A DNA stretch of 63,927 nucleotides, counting the filler, from Stramenopiles sp. TOSAG23-2 (lineage: Eukaryota), in the NCBI GenBank assembly GCA_900128395.1. It is 17 parts of 17 records of this genome, joined end to end, with 100 filler letters (N's around TTAATTAATTAA, not from the genome) between each part and the next. Parts side by side here need not be neighbours in the genome. Positions count along the whole stretch, not along the records: positions 21,620 to 25,836 come from LT650954.1; positions 25,937 to 30,149 come from LT650955.1; positions 30,250 to 34,461 come from LT650956.1; 14 more parts are not named here. One strand, written 5' to 3'. The notes below the pieces were generated by a model that was not told the origin of the DNA, did not search any database, and was given only the letters and a program-made list of their open reading frames with translations. Positions 22,066 through 33,694 of this stretch are shown in pieces (positions within the stretch are counted from its first letter, which is position 1; each line of letters opens with the position of its first letter). The position numbers were made by a program, and so were the translations under genes.

Positions 22066-25000
22066 CGAAATTATCAACATTTGCTTCAACAAACTTGCGA
22101 ACATACAGTTCTACCTGGTTGACAGCCTGACCAGGGCACGTGGCTGGAATGCCGCCGCGATAATCAATGTACGACCCAACGGCAAAATACCACCAATTAT
22201 TAGTTGATCCACTTAATAATGCACTTGATGAAGCAGAATGTAATCCACCCCAGTTACATTCATTATGTGGACACGATACCGATTCATATCCTTCGACACG
22301 ATTTGTTGTACATGGATTACTTGATTGCTTCCATCTTTGACAATCAAGTCCAGACCCTGGCCATTCAAGTTTAAACTCAAACATTTGATCAGGTGACGCA
22401 GACCGAAATTTTTCAAGTGTATCTAACGCAGCATAATTCTGTTCTGCTACGTTTCCAAACTTTAACCCATTTCTCCCCCAAAATGGCATATCGTCCGTCT
22501 TCGTCTGTCTTGCCACCAGTTGCCACTCAGCTTTGGGTAAAATACGCACGTTAAAATTTCCAATAAACACACTCTCATGATCTTCGACGTTTTCAACAAA
22601 TATATATGCAGTTGTAGTCGCACTTGAATAAAACTTGAATGAAAATTTTCCAATGCTATCTACAACAATTCCATCACTAGCATGATGCCAGCAATAACGT
22701 TGAGGCTTAGGCCCTGTGTGAAATTCAACGTAAACACGCAAATTACCAATAACACCATCAGGGTTTACAAACGTTTCAAATGAAACTTCATATGTTCCTT
22801 CCGAAATAACGGTATTGAAGTAGATTCTGCCATTCATATCAGCTTTTTTCATAGGTAAACTTAATGCTTGACATTCAATATTTTTTCGAATTTTCGAACC
22901 AGTTTGGTTGTGCCAGTTGGATACATTTGTATTATTCCAATTGAATTCTTCAATACGTGGAACAAAACAATAAACCCATCGATACCAACGCTGGGAGTCG
23001 GGATTGTGATCTCCTTCTAATGATTTTATCTCATTGTTTCCGAAATACCATGTCTGCCAATTATTATTGCGTAAATTTACTTTAATTACATTATCAGCAT
23101 TATTATTTTGATATTGTGTATCAATTTCATAACGATGTTGCTCCCATAGTTTACCACTACAAAAATGTGATTTTATTTTGTTGTGTTCAATGATTACAAT
23201 AGTAATAGAACAATAATCACTCTGATCGCCAACATCAACTCTGCGCCAAATACCATCACGCATAGCTGTTTTTAAATGGTTTAGAATCGACGCATTAGTA
23301 TCTTTTTTTGTTGACATTCTTTCTAGTGCTGTTTTACCATCATTATCACCTTTGATTCTAAGATCAGCACCTAAATCGATGAGTAATTTTACTACTTCGA
23401 AACTATTATAGAATGCAGCAATTCTTAACAAGGTATGGCCGTGTTTATTGTATTTTTTATTAAGAATCGCGCCATCTAAATTACATAAAATTTTTATAAT
23501 TTCTTCGTAATTATACTTGGCAGCTGCAAGTAATAATTTTTTTGTTTGCGTGCTGCTTACTAATGCTTGAGCCGCATTATTTGCAGCTAATGCAGCAGCT
23601 TGTCTTGCTACTTCAGCTTGCTGTTGCTCTTCTCTTCTCGCGGCTTCAACGGCTTCCGCTCGAAGTCTTGTTACAGCAGCTGTTTGTTTCTTTTGCAATT
23701 TACGTTTCAATTCTTCGGTTTCTTTCTCACATGTTTGTTTAGCTTCTACTACTTCAGCTTCACATTCTTTTATATTTTGTTTTAAATGTTTATTCTCTTT
23801 TGTAGCCACCTGTATTTTTTTGGTTAACTCAGCTATTTTATTGAAAAGCAGTTTTGCACGAGATTTTTCCTTTTTCACTTCATTTTTTAACATCGCTATT
23901 TTCGCTGCCGTTTCTTCTCCCGCTTCCATATCATCATAATCTGCACTACCTTTGTGTGTATTGTTTTGTTTACCTTCATTCTCTGCATTTATTTCAGAAG
24001 GAAACTTTCTTGCTTCAATCAATACATCCCGTTTACATCTTTGATATACACATACACTTGATCCAATACATAAAAATGCGATGAAGCACTCATACAACAT
24101 GTTAAAATTACAATTACTAAAATTTAAAGGATTGGACGTTTTCGTACCGCCAAAAGAAGACTTCATTGGTGGTGCAATTAAAGCGGTTTTAACACGTTGA
24201 AATTTCATATATTCATTGCCACCACTAATTAATAACTGCATAAACGGTTCTGTAATATTCAATTTTAAAATCTCACCAATGTAGGATGATACGAATTGAA
24301 AATAGCATCCACAAATGATAAGAAATATCGGTATTACCATATAAGTTCCTATGCGTAATATCATTTCATTTCTTTCGTTAATATCATCTATGTTTGTTCT
24401 TTTTGGTTGTGGTAGAACAGCATCGGCTTCTGGCGCAATTCCAGATGTTATATTATCAATATGATCATCAATATGATTATCAATATGATTATCAATATGA
24501 TTATCAACATGATTGCCCAAGATAACAAATTCACTACTATTAATTGCACCACCGAGTATTCTTCCGAGTACGTTTAATGTAGCACTATCTTGTATATTAT
24601 AGTCAGATAACTTACGACCAATTATCAATTCTGAACCTAAATAATTTAATCGTATTTCATTGACAGGAATACCCGATATTGTATGCACTTTTTGCATCAA
24701 TGCGTCCACTAAATCAGTACTACACATATGAATTGTACGTCTACTGCCCTCACCTAATTGAACATGTAACTGTATTGTACTGCCTTTACCTTGTGATACA
24801 CTTTGACCATTACGTTTATCTTTGATAAAGTTGTTATTGTCAACCGCACCATCTCTCTTTCGAAATTTGTCTTGAGCTTTTTGCAATTGATTCAATAACA
24901 TTGATGGGCTTGTACATCGTTCCTCATTTTTCCATTCAGGTTTGATGCAATTGACGATTTTTTGAGGCCACCCCTTGTTAAAAAGATTTCTTACATAATT

Positions 25001-25834
25001 CCTTCTAGAAAAACAAAGATGTTTTGAACAAGAAAGCGTTTTATAATTCCTTTCGATGTGCTCAACATTTGGTATAATGCCTCCTTTTTTCAATACAGGA
25101 CCATCTGTATGTAGATCATTGTGATTTGCACACACTCCAATTAACGATTTCAATTTATTATGGCAGGATTCTTTACTTGTTCTATATTTAAAGTCGCCTT
25201 TTCCTTTTAGAATCAAACTTCGCTCCAATGCTGAAATAATAAATCCGGCAAACTTACGTGAATTTTTGAACGATTTTTTACAGTGACTATACTTCTTCAT
25301 AAACGTTTTATCCTTTGGTAAAAAAATTTCCCATACTTTAATTTCCTTTGCAAACCTACACCTTGATAAAGGATTTACAATATTGTATTTACGATAAACC
25401 GATTCCATACAATGATAATTGCCGTCAATCTTTAACGTTAAGTTTGTTTTCTTCAAAGATTTTTTATTATTACCTTTACCATTTAATGCATGTTGGCTTT
25501 CTCGTTTAAGCGAGTTGTTATTGTTGTTGTAATTCTCCAATAAAACTTTTGGCCTTTGTGAAGTAGCAACATTTTTATCATCATCTCGCAATCGCAATGG
25601 ACTTTTTGAAGCAATATTTTCGTCATTACCACTCGTAACACCACCTTTCTTGGCAATAACGGCATAGGTAGTACCACCTGCGTCGACTTTTTCCTCCCCT
25701 TTTATCTTGGCTTCTTGCGCGTCATTGCTATGATCTAACTTTTGAACAGGTGCAGTAACTTGCATTAGTTGCTGACTTTGAACTTTAGCAAGTAAATTCG
25801 AATTTTCACGATGTGCAATCAGATTAACTCCGGA
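22019..25834 (-). CDS. Multidomain protein: internal ubiquitin-like domain, 2 hydrophobic segments, coiled coil, ankyrin repeat, C-terminal fibrinogen-C-like domain (5' partial)
   Basis: Ub-like IQLHV...GIPVNEIRLNYLG...LSDYNIQDSATLNVLGRILGG (24775-24548); ankyrin GHTLLRIAAFYNSFEVVKLLIDLGAD; C-terminus WQLVARQT..FEFKLEWP..WKQSSNP..WGGL..VELYV. Frame open to the contig edge. Confidence 0.85.
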
Positions 25835-25936
25835 ATNNNNNNNNNNNNNNNNNNNNNNNNNNNNNNNNNNNNNNNNNNNNTTAATTAATTAANNNNNNNN
25901 NNNNNNNNNNNNNNNNNNNNNNNNNNNNNNNNNNNN

Positions 25937-27442
25937 TGCTGATATTAAATCAATATCACCATCATTATCAATATCAATTGCAAATACACTTGAGGCACCA
26001 CCTGCATCTGTTGTAACTATTTGTTGTGGTCCAAATGTACCTTTACCATCTATGTTATCATACCATGCAATTTTATGATCATTCCTAGATGCTGATATTA
26101 AATCAATATCACCATCACTATCAATATCAATTGCAAATACACTTCTTGCACGCAACGCATCTGTTGTAACTATTTGCTGTGGTCCAAATGTACCTTTACC
26201 ATCTATATTCTCATACCATGCAATTTTATTATCTTTAGAAGATGCTGATATTACATCGATATCACCATCATTATCAATGTCAATTGCGAATACACTATAC
26301 GCATAATACGCATCTGTTGTAATTATTTGCTGTGGTCCAAATGTACCTTTACCATCAATGTTCTCATACCATGCAATTTTATCATCAGAAGCAGATGCTG
26401 ATATTAAATCTATATCACCATCATTATCAATATCAATTGCAAATACACTTCTGGCACTATTTGCATCTGTTGTAACTATTTGTTGCGGTCCAAATGATTC
26501 AGCTGATTTGCGAAGGCAATCGTGGCGACACTTGAAGCATGTCCCGTTTTCGCCATATTTTCCAAATGGGCAAGATGCACAATTTTTTGCACCAGCAAAA
26601 CCATATTTTCCGATTGCACAAGTACCTGAGCAGCCATGTGTTTCAGTGGTTGCTTCAATAATTCCCCCATATTTACCAGCTGGGCAAAGGATTTTACTTG
26701 TAACATTTGGACAATATGCACCCTTTGGACATAGACTACAATATGTAGAACCTGTATATACTGCTGTTTTCCCAACTAAACACGATTTACACGCACTAGC
26801 GTTTGTACTGCTTATTGTATTACTATATTTACCAGCTGGGCAAAGGATTTTACTTGTAACATTTGGACAATATGCACCCTTTGGACATAGACTGCAATAT
26901 GTAGAACCTGTATATACTGCTGTTTTCCCAACTAAACACGATTTACACGCACTAGCGTTTGTACTGCTTATTGTATTACTATATTTACCAGCTGGGCAAA
27001 GGATTTTACTTGTAACATTTGGACAATATGCACCCTTTGGACAAGGATTACAAGACGTCGGTTTGCATACACAGAACACCGTAATCGAACAGTCCAAGCT
27101 ACTTCTATATGGGTTGAAAGCCATAGTAAATTGGAGGTGTGGAAAAATTAAACAACCAAAAGGCAAAGATAATTTCATAGGATTATCATCGAGTGACCCG
27201 AAATACATGTTTCCAAGCCTTGTGGCAGCTTGTTGACACTCAGCTTCGGTTTGAGAGTCTTCTACACATCGTCCAATATTTTTTATCTTATCGTAGGGAA
27301 GGAAGCCCGGGTCACAGACAACAGCACTTGTATTTAAACAATATCCCCACTTTAAACACAATGTAAGCGCGAAGAAAAATAGAAAAAACACCTTCTTAAT
27401 TTTGAGTTTGTATTTGGGTCCAAATAAGCTAATGAAAAGCAT
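25937..27442 (-). CDS. Secreted/surface protein with TNFR/ephrin-like Cys repeats and FG-GAP/VCBS repeats (3' partial)
   Basis: Hydrophobic N-terminus; CPKGAYCP..CPAGKYS repeats; 51-aa repeats SVFAIDIDNDGDIDLISAS..DKIAWYENIDGKGTFG. Confidence 0.9.
26669..27043. repeat. Near-exact 156-bp coding tandem repeat (~2.4 copies)
   Basis: ATTTACCAGCTGGGCAAAGG starts at 26671, 26827 and 26983. Confidence 0.95.
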
Positions 27443-27551
27443 ATTTTGTTATTCTCACACGCAGCAGATACCAGTTTTTTTTCGTGAAGCCCTCCACACA
27501 CAATATCCTTCAGTAGTATCTCCTAAAAGGATATCTCTACAGTTGATATTT

Positions 27552-27894
27552 AAGAACCAAAACAATACGTCACCTAAAAGGATACCCACCACCAACGGAA
27601 ACACTTGTATGGAAGTCTCAGGAAATACCCTCTTGAAGGACTTCTACCACAAAGCGCCTCTCTTTTTTTAAAATATCTCTACTAGTGATACTTACGATCA
27701 AGCTGTGCGACGAAGCACCTCTCCTAAGAACGAAAAGGATACCACACCTAAAAAGGATATTCACAGATGAGACCACTTGTATGGACTCCTATAAGATTGG
27801 ATCTATGAACAATATATATATTTTCTAAAAAAAGAACACTACCTAAGCGTTTTCTTTTTTAATATTATCTCTACCGATGATATTTTATGATCAA
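27552..27894. repeat. Two diverged ~150-170 bp non-coding direct repeats
   Basis: Collinear blocks AAGAAC.AAA, CACCTAAAA(A)GGATA, CACTTGTATGGA, AAGCG..T-rich, TATCTCTAC..TGATA..GATCAA at 27552-27701 and 27726-27894. Confidence 0.7.
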
Positions 27895-30009
27895 ACAGTA
27901 AAAACAAAAGTTATTAACCGAAAAGATAAAAAAACAGAAAATAAAAGGGAAATCACCTGTATTTATATCTAACAAGGGGTAATGATAAAGCTAATGGATA
28001 TCTTTCTTGCCGGGTATGTTTAATGAATGGCTGATGTATGCGTGTGTGTATGTGTAGGGAATATATGATGTTGTTTACTTAAGAGTGTTATATTCATTCA
28101 TATCAGTATATTGTAAATAAATAATTATTTATCTCCATTATTATCCGACTAAAGATTTTATCAACGTTCGAACGAGAGACATACTCAAAAGGATATCTCG
28201 TAGTGTGATTGTTCCTATGTGAATTGGATCGTGTAAAAAATAATAATATCGTGTTTTTTTTAAAAAGATATTCGTGTAAAAAATCGTGTTTTTTTAAAAA
28301 GATATTATTCCCAATAATAATTATATATATAATATTATGAATTGGGGTTACTTACATAGATACAAAACATGGGGGCGAAAACGAAATGATATTTTCAGAC
28401 TACTCCATCACCATTCACATAGTATCGTCTACCATTACCCTATACAAACCAATCCATCTTAAAGGAATCGATTCCACTGGTTCGCCCTTAGTAACCAAAA
28501 AAAAGTATACCAATAATATATCTTTTTTTTCTTCCACAGGATTTCTTTATCTAGACATGCCGTTCAAAAAACGATCATAAACCATGCGATACACCAAGTA
28601 CATATCCTCAATAGCTAGAACAACCAATAGATAAAACACTAGATCAGATAATCCATTGAAATCATATCCATGGTACACAACACCGATGGATGGTGGTATT
28701 TTCTAGATATCTCGATAAGAAGAGAAACCACACTGACTACCAGTACCAAAAAAAACCATAAAATACATATAGTTTAACATACATATATTTTCACAGTGTT
28801 TCTGTTGTATCTTGCAATAAACAGGAATTCACATTCACAATACCATCACCGCGGAGTGCTGCCCGTGGCTTTGAAACGAATCGATTCAAGTGATTACCCT
28901 GACAACGTTACTGACCAGGTACCTTTATATATACATATTACAAACCACTAGCCGTAAACACATATCTATCGCAACCGATGAAAGATAAAAAAACAACACC
29001 CATCAGCGGAGAATACCCTCACATACCATATATAACATATAGTATCTACCAATAGACAAGGCAGTGCAAAACAAAAGCAATTGAGATCAAAAGGAGAAAT
29101 TCCTTGAAAAAGAGATGTGTTCAATGTCTCCTGCTTTTCTTCATATATCTTTTCTGCGAATAAACTTTCTGTAATATAATATATATTTATTTGTATGATT
29201 CATTCAAAAGGACTATAAAAAAATAATACCTTTGCCATACACTACAGAAATATCGTACTGCACTACCCTATATAGTTCTTTTCAATTACTTTTTAAAACA
29301 ATTTTAGGGGGGGTATAAAAGTAGCCGATTTTCATATTAAAAAATGTGCCATTATTGTACGAAAACCACTACACACTACTCTCACGAGACTCCTATGTGC
29401 AGATTGTGCTGGGAAGAGCAAAATATAAGATCAGCAGAATAATGAATTGAAATGAATAAAATAATTATAAAATAATAGTACCTATTTTATACTATCATAT
29501 ACTTATCCTACAAAAAAACTTAAGGGTCCTTTTTACTTCATCTCATTAATATGGATACAGTATTGTGAATCAGTAATACAATAGTCCTCCGTTGTAGATG
29601 GTGTTCCTATAGGCTTTACAACATTGATTGACAATAGGAGCCGCCGGGCTTAAATCTCTTTTTTTTTCTGACATTGCTTTGTTAGCCGCCTGGTTAGCTA
29701 TTGTGCTGTTGTCGTCTCCATACAGCTTGTGTCAGCGTGGCCCTTGTGATGTGACGGCTGGCGAGCTGTGTACTAGGGAAGGTTTTGAATTAGTGTGGAA
29801 TACCATTAGCTTTTTTCGGTTAGGTACTGAAAGACTGTATAGGAAGTTTTTAGTACATCAATCGTATACTAATATATATATATATAAAAATAATTTTAAA
29901 AATATTTGAAATGTGCAAATTTCAATCCAAAAATATGAAAATTACAAGTAGTAGATATAGAAGATGAAACATAACAAAAACAAGATAATAAGAACGATAA
30001 CAATCAAAC

Positions 30010-30149
30010 ATGAATGACGCTACGAATCGATTTTTAAATGCAAATGTGGTTGCAAATGGGAAACCGTTGCAAGTGCATACGCCGAAAGATAAACTAACGT
30101 TAAGTGATTTAGATGCAAGATTAAAACGTAATAATAGTAGTAGTAATGA
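30010..30149 (+). CDS. 5' end of a hypothetical protein (3' partial)
   Basis: ATG after an A-rich leader; frame open to the contig end. Confidence 0.5.
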
Positions 30150-30249
30150 NNNNNNNNNNNNNNNNNNNNNNNNNNNNNNNNNNNNNNNNNNNNTTAATTA
30201 ATTAANNNNNNNNNNNNNNNNNNNNNNNNNNNNNNNNNNNNNNNNNNNN

Positions 30250-32499
30250 AAAGTACATAATATTAATAATAAAAACAAGACGGTATCAACAAAACCGTCT
30301 TCTTCTAGTAGTATCGCATATACGAATTATTTCAATAGAACAGATCGACATAAACATCTAGCAAGTTTAGCGCATAGATCTCATTCAAAAGCAGATCTTA
30401 AAAAATATTTTGCAAAACATTTTCATGATAAATCTCCCTCAAATGAAAAGCAAGGAATAGAACAAGAAGAAGAAGGTAATAATAATGAATGGAATGCTTT
30501 TGCTACAGCGTCATTTATATCTTTAACCTTTTTAGCTGTTGTAACTATAATATTTGAAAAAGGAAAAGAAATGCTAGTTGAGCGAGCTAGTAAATCTTTG
30601 CGTCCTATTATCACATCATTGTTTTCAGAGTTAACAGTCCTTGGTTTCTTAGGTTTAGTCACGTTTTTAATTATAAAATCAAATGTTTTACCAAGACTTT
30701 CAGTTGAGTTATTGTGTGATGGGGATTGTTATCGAGTTTGTCGTATTGAAGAAAATCCTATTGTATGTGTCAGAGAGAAAATGGGAGAATTGCAAGAATT
30801 GTTTGAAAGCATTCACATGTCGTTGTTTCTCGTGATGGTATTATTTATTGTTTTAGGCTTAATTAATTTAAAAATATCAAGTGGCACATTTAAAAAATGG
30901 CAAGAATGGGAAAAATTGTGCATTGATGATTTTGATAATGTACGAAAAAATTATAAACGAAATAGTAGTGGACGCGGAACAGTTACATTGCAACAAATGG
31001 TATTTTCATCCATACGAGAGGTATTTGTTAAAAATCCAAAAAAGCCAAAGCAAGCATTAAATCGAGATTTTGCATTTTCATTATATTTATTTGAAATATT
31101 AGGGAAGGAAGTTGCTGAAATTACGGAAGTGCCAGTATCAACATGGATCTTCTTAGAAGTTATATTATTAGGATGGTATGGGTTCACAGAGATAGTACAA
31201 GGAGATATGGTATTATTACAATTATTATGGATTGGCATAGCATGGTTTTTAGTTTTCCTAGCTTTCATTTTAAAAAATAAATTGGAAAGTATATGTTTAA
31301 ATTGTTGTGTTGCGGAAGATTTGGGTTTAAAGAAAATGAAAAAGCCATTAAATAATATCGATGAGAATAGCTCATTAATTAGTAATAAAATAGATTTTAA
31401 TACGTATAGTGAGGAGGAGGAAAATGATGATATAGAAAATGGCAGTAAAAAAATGGCATTGCGTCTACCTCAGTATGAGAGCATCCAACCAAAATCAAAC
31501 AACTTAAAATTAAGTTGTTTGTTACGAGGACAAGGACTACCATCAAGACATGAAATGTTATTTTGGGCACGTGGAAAAGGACCTGAGTGGCATGTATTTT
31601 TAATTCGACAATTAATGTTAATGATGAGTATCTATTTAGCAATATTTACAATGTTGTATACAACACATATGATTGTAGAAGTTGAAAGTGATGATGCAAC
31701 TTGGTTAGACATTGTGGGAGATTTGGTATTGCTGATCTTAGCATATTTACCAGCATTTCTTGTTTTAACAACTTTGCCACAAATTTTAAGATTGCATATA
31801 GAATCATGCAGTATTGGTTCATTTCGTCATCATCATCGTGAAACGATGAAATATATCATCCGATTACAGCGCACGGAAACAGCTTTAAGGGTCATGCGCG
31901 TTTTATCAAACGCACGTATGTTGGCATTAAATCAAAAGAAAACAAATGCAAAAAAGAAGAAAAATCAAAATAATGGAAATGATATATCAGAAAGTGCTGC
32001 TGCTGTAAATAATTTATCACCTGAACAAGAAGTTGCCTTGAGAAGGCAAATTGAAGATGCCGAACGAGCATGGAAGTGCATTGATGTAGACAATTCTGGA
32101 ACGATTGATGAAGACGAAATGAAATTGTTGATGCAATCAATTGGACAAACATGTGGCAAAGAAGAAATTTCACAAATGATGTTAGAATTAGATTTAGATG
32201 GTGATGGTGATATAACGAAAGATGAATTTATCAAATGGATTGTAAAGCAAAATGATGGCAGTGAACCAAGCGTAGAGGAATTGGCACAAATATTATTTGA
32301 TATGTTTGATAGTGACAAAAGCGGATCTATTAGCGTGCAAGAATTTATAGAAAAGCTACAAACGGTTGCAAAAGATTTAAGTTTGGATGATATTACAATG
32401 ATTGCAAGGGAATTGGATGAGGATCAAAGTGGAAGTATAGAAATGGTCGAATTCAAAGAGTTTCTAGAAAAACATTCCGAGGATTTTGCTCATCATTAG
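30250..32499 (+). CDS. MLO-like multi-pass membrane protein fused to a C-terminal four-EF-hand domain (5' partial)
   Basis: MLO-type motifs ELTVLGFLGL, FESIHMSLFLVMV, WQEWE, F..IREVF, DFAFSLYL; EF loops DVDNSGTIDEDE, DLDGDGDITKDE, DSDKSGSISVQE, DEDQSGSIEMVE. Frame open from 30250. Confidence 0.85.
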   Translation, partial: KVHNINNKNKTVSTKPSSSSSIAYTNYFNRTDRHKHLASLAHRSHSKADLKKYFAKHFHDKSPSNEKQGIEQEEEGNNNEWNAFATASFISLTFLAVVTIIFEKGKEMLVERASKSLRPIITSLFSELTVLGFLGLVTFLIIKSNVLPRLSVELLCDGDCYRVCRIEENPIVCVREKMGELQELFESIHMSLFLVMVLFIVLGLINLKISSGTFKKWQEWEKLCIDDFDNVRKNYKRNSSGRGTVTLQQMVFSSIREVFVKNPKKPKQALNRDFAFSLYLFEILGKEVAEITEVPVSTWIFLEVILLGWYGFTEIVQGDMVLLQLLWIGIAWFLVFLAFILKNKLESICLNCCVAEDLGLKKMKKPLNNIDENSSLISNKIDFNTYSEEEENDDIENGSKKMALRLPQYESIQPKSNNLKLSCLLRGQGLPSRHEMLFWARGKGPEWHVFLIRQLMLMMSIYLAIFTMLYTTHMIVEVESDDATWLDIVGDLVLLILAYLPAFLVLTTLPQILRLHIESCSIGSFRHHHRETMKYIIRLQRTETALRVMRVLSNARMLALNQKKTNAKKKKNQNNGNDISESAAAVNNLSPEQEVALRRQIEDAERAWKCIDVDNSGTIDEDEMKLLMQSIGQTCGKEEISQMMLELDLDGDGDITKDEFIKWIVKQNDGSEPSVEELAQILFDMFDSDKSGSISVQEFIEKLQTVAKDLSLDDITMIARELDEDQSGSIEMVEFKEFLEKHSEDFAHH

Positions 32500-32843
32500 A
32501 AAGAATAAATAATAGTTAAGGTATTTTAGTCCATAGGATATTTTAATTAATTAAAGTTGGTATTAAATCGTGTCACTATTAAAGTAGGAAAAAGACAATC
32601 GGAAATTAAGAATTTTCATTTTTTTGTTTAATTTTTTCTGAATTTTTTATAAAAATGACTACTACACTATAACACGCATCTCATTAATTATTACCACCTG
32701 GTAGACTCGACGAACAACGATGACGTATATTGGTAATAAAAATATATTTATATATTTGTGTCACATACATACATATTGCATTCCTTTCATTTATCATAAA
32801 CAACAACAAAAGAGGCGCTGCTAGTGAAACCGTTCATTATAGC

Positions 32844-33530
32844 ATGGCCAAACGCCCACAAGCGAATACTCATAAGATGGAAAAGGCGATAACAAACATT
32901 TGTTTATACGGTTATGGAACGTGTAATTTTTATAGACAATCTACAAAACTAGGAGAAAAGGCAAAGGAAAAAGGCTTAATAAACCTTGAGAATAAAAGGT
33001 TCATAGATAGTAGTAGTTATTTTACTTGGTTAAAAGAAAACAATTCAAGTGGGTTTGCAGAAAATCATGAGCTTTGCCCAATTATATGGATAGAGACAGG
33101 TGATGAAAAAAAAGAATTAATTGGCGGTTGTACTGAATTTCATAAATATATGAAAGAAAAATATAATTTTGGCAGCGGGGAGTGCAACGCAACATGCGGT
33201 CTAAGAGGTCTTACATGGAAAACACTGGGTAGAAAAGATAAAGGCAGAATAATTATAGCATCTGCTATTTTTGCATTGTTTCTAATAATGGCATTATTGA
33301 TGATAATAATTGGACTAGATAAACACTATCGTTTTTATTTGTACATACCCTTGTCTGTTTCATTTGTAGTGGGAGGGCAAGTTTTAGCTTTATGAGTTAA
33401 AGAGGCTTTCAAAGAAATTGTTCTTGGGAAAGCCTCAAAAGGTACTTTGATTTCTGTTTTAAAGTTGATTACAATTAGTTCAATTTTAGCAGCTGGTGTG
33501 ACAGCTTTATTTGTATATATAATACCATAA
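32844..33530 (+). CDS. Probable selenoprotein: glutaredoxin-like domain fused to a membrane domain; in-frame TGA at 33393-33395; 228 aa
   Basis: Grx-like LYGYGTCNFY...CPIIWI...LIGGCTEF; TM region RFYLYIPL...GGQVLAL-TGA-VKEAF then 44 more codons with a further TM helix to TAA 33528-33530; SECIS-like hairpin follows. Confidence 0.75.
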
Positions 33531-33537
33531 AGAAGAA

Positions 33538-33694
33538 GTTGCAAAGCAATGCAATCAAGATTATAAATGACAATCAATTCTTTTTAAAATAATACCATTT
33601 TGTAAAAAAATAGATATGATAAACTCGTTTCTATTTTTCATATATATCATACCTACAATGGAGAAAAATTGATTTGATATTGCCATGATGCAGC
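33538..33694 (+). promoter_or_regulatory. Candidate SECIS element with elongated apical stem
   Basis: AUGAC (33567-33571) / UGAU (33675-33678) quartet; helix II AAUCAAUUcUUUU with AGAAaAAUUGAUU; AAAA at 33586-33589; helix I GCAAU/AUUGC plus GUUGCA/UGCAGC; apical CCAUU..GUA/UACAAUGG and AAAAAUAGA/UCUAUUUUU. Confidence 0.75.

Noticed and set aside
27520-28320. CRISPR-like array from recurring AAAAGGATA words
   Set aside because: Repeats are degenerate, spacing is irregular and the intervening sequences are homologous to each other; eukaryotic context without cas genes.
30010-30571. Joining ORF 30010 to the MLO gene across the spacer
   Set aside because: Neighbouring contigs are ordered by length, not genomic position.
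11892-33395. Genome-wide TGA reassignment to Trp or Cys
   Set aside because: Long conserved ORFs contain no in-frame TGA, Trp is TGG, and TGA ends genes at 1103, 22019 and 50210; the two read-through cases sit at redox-type positions with SECIS candidates.
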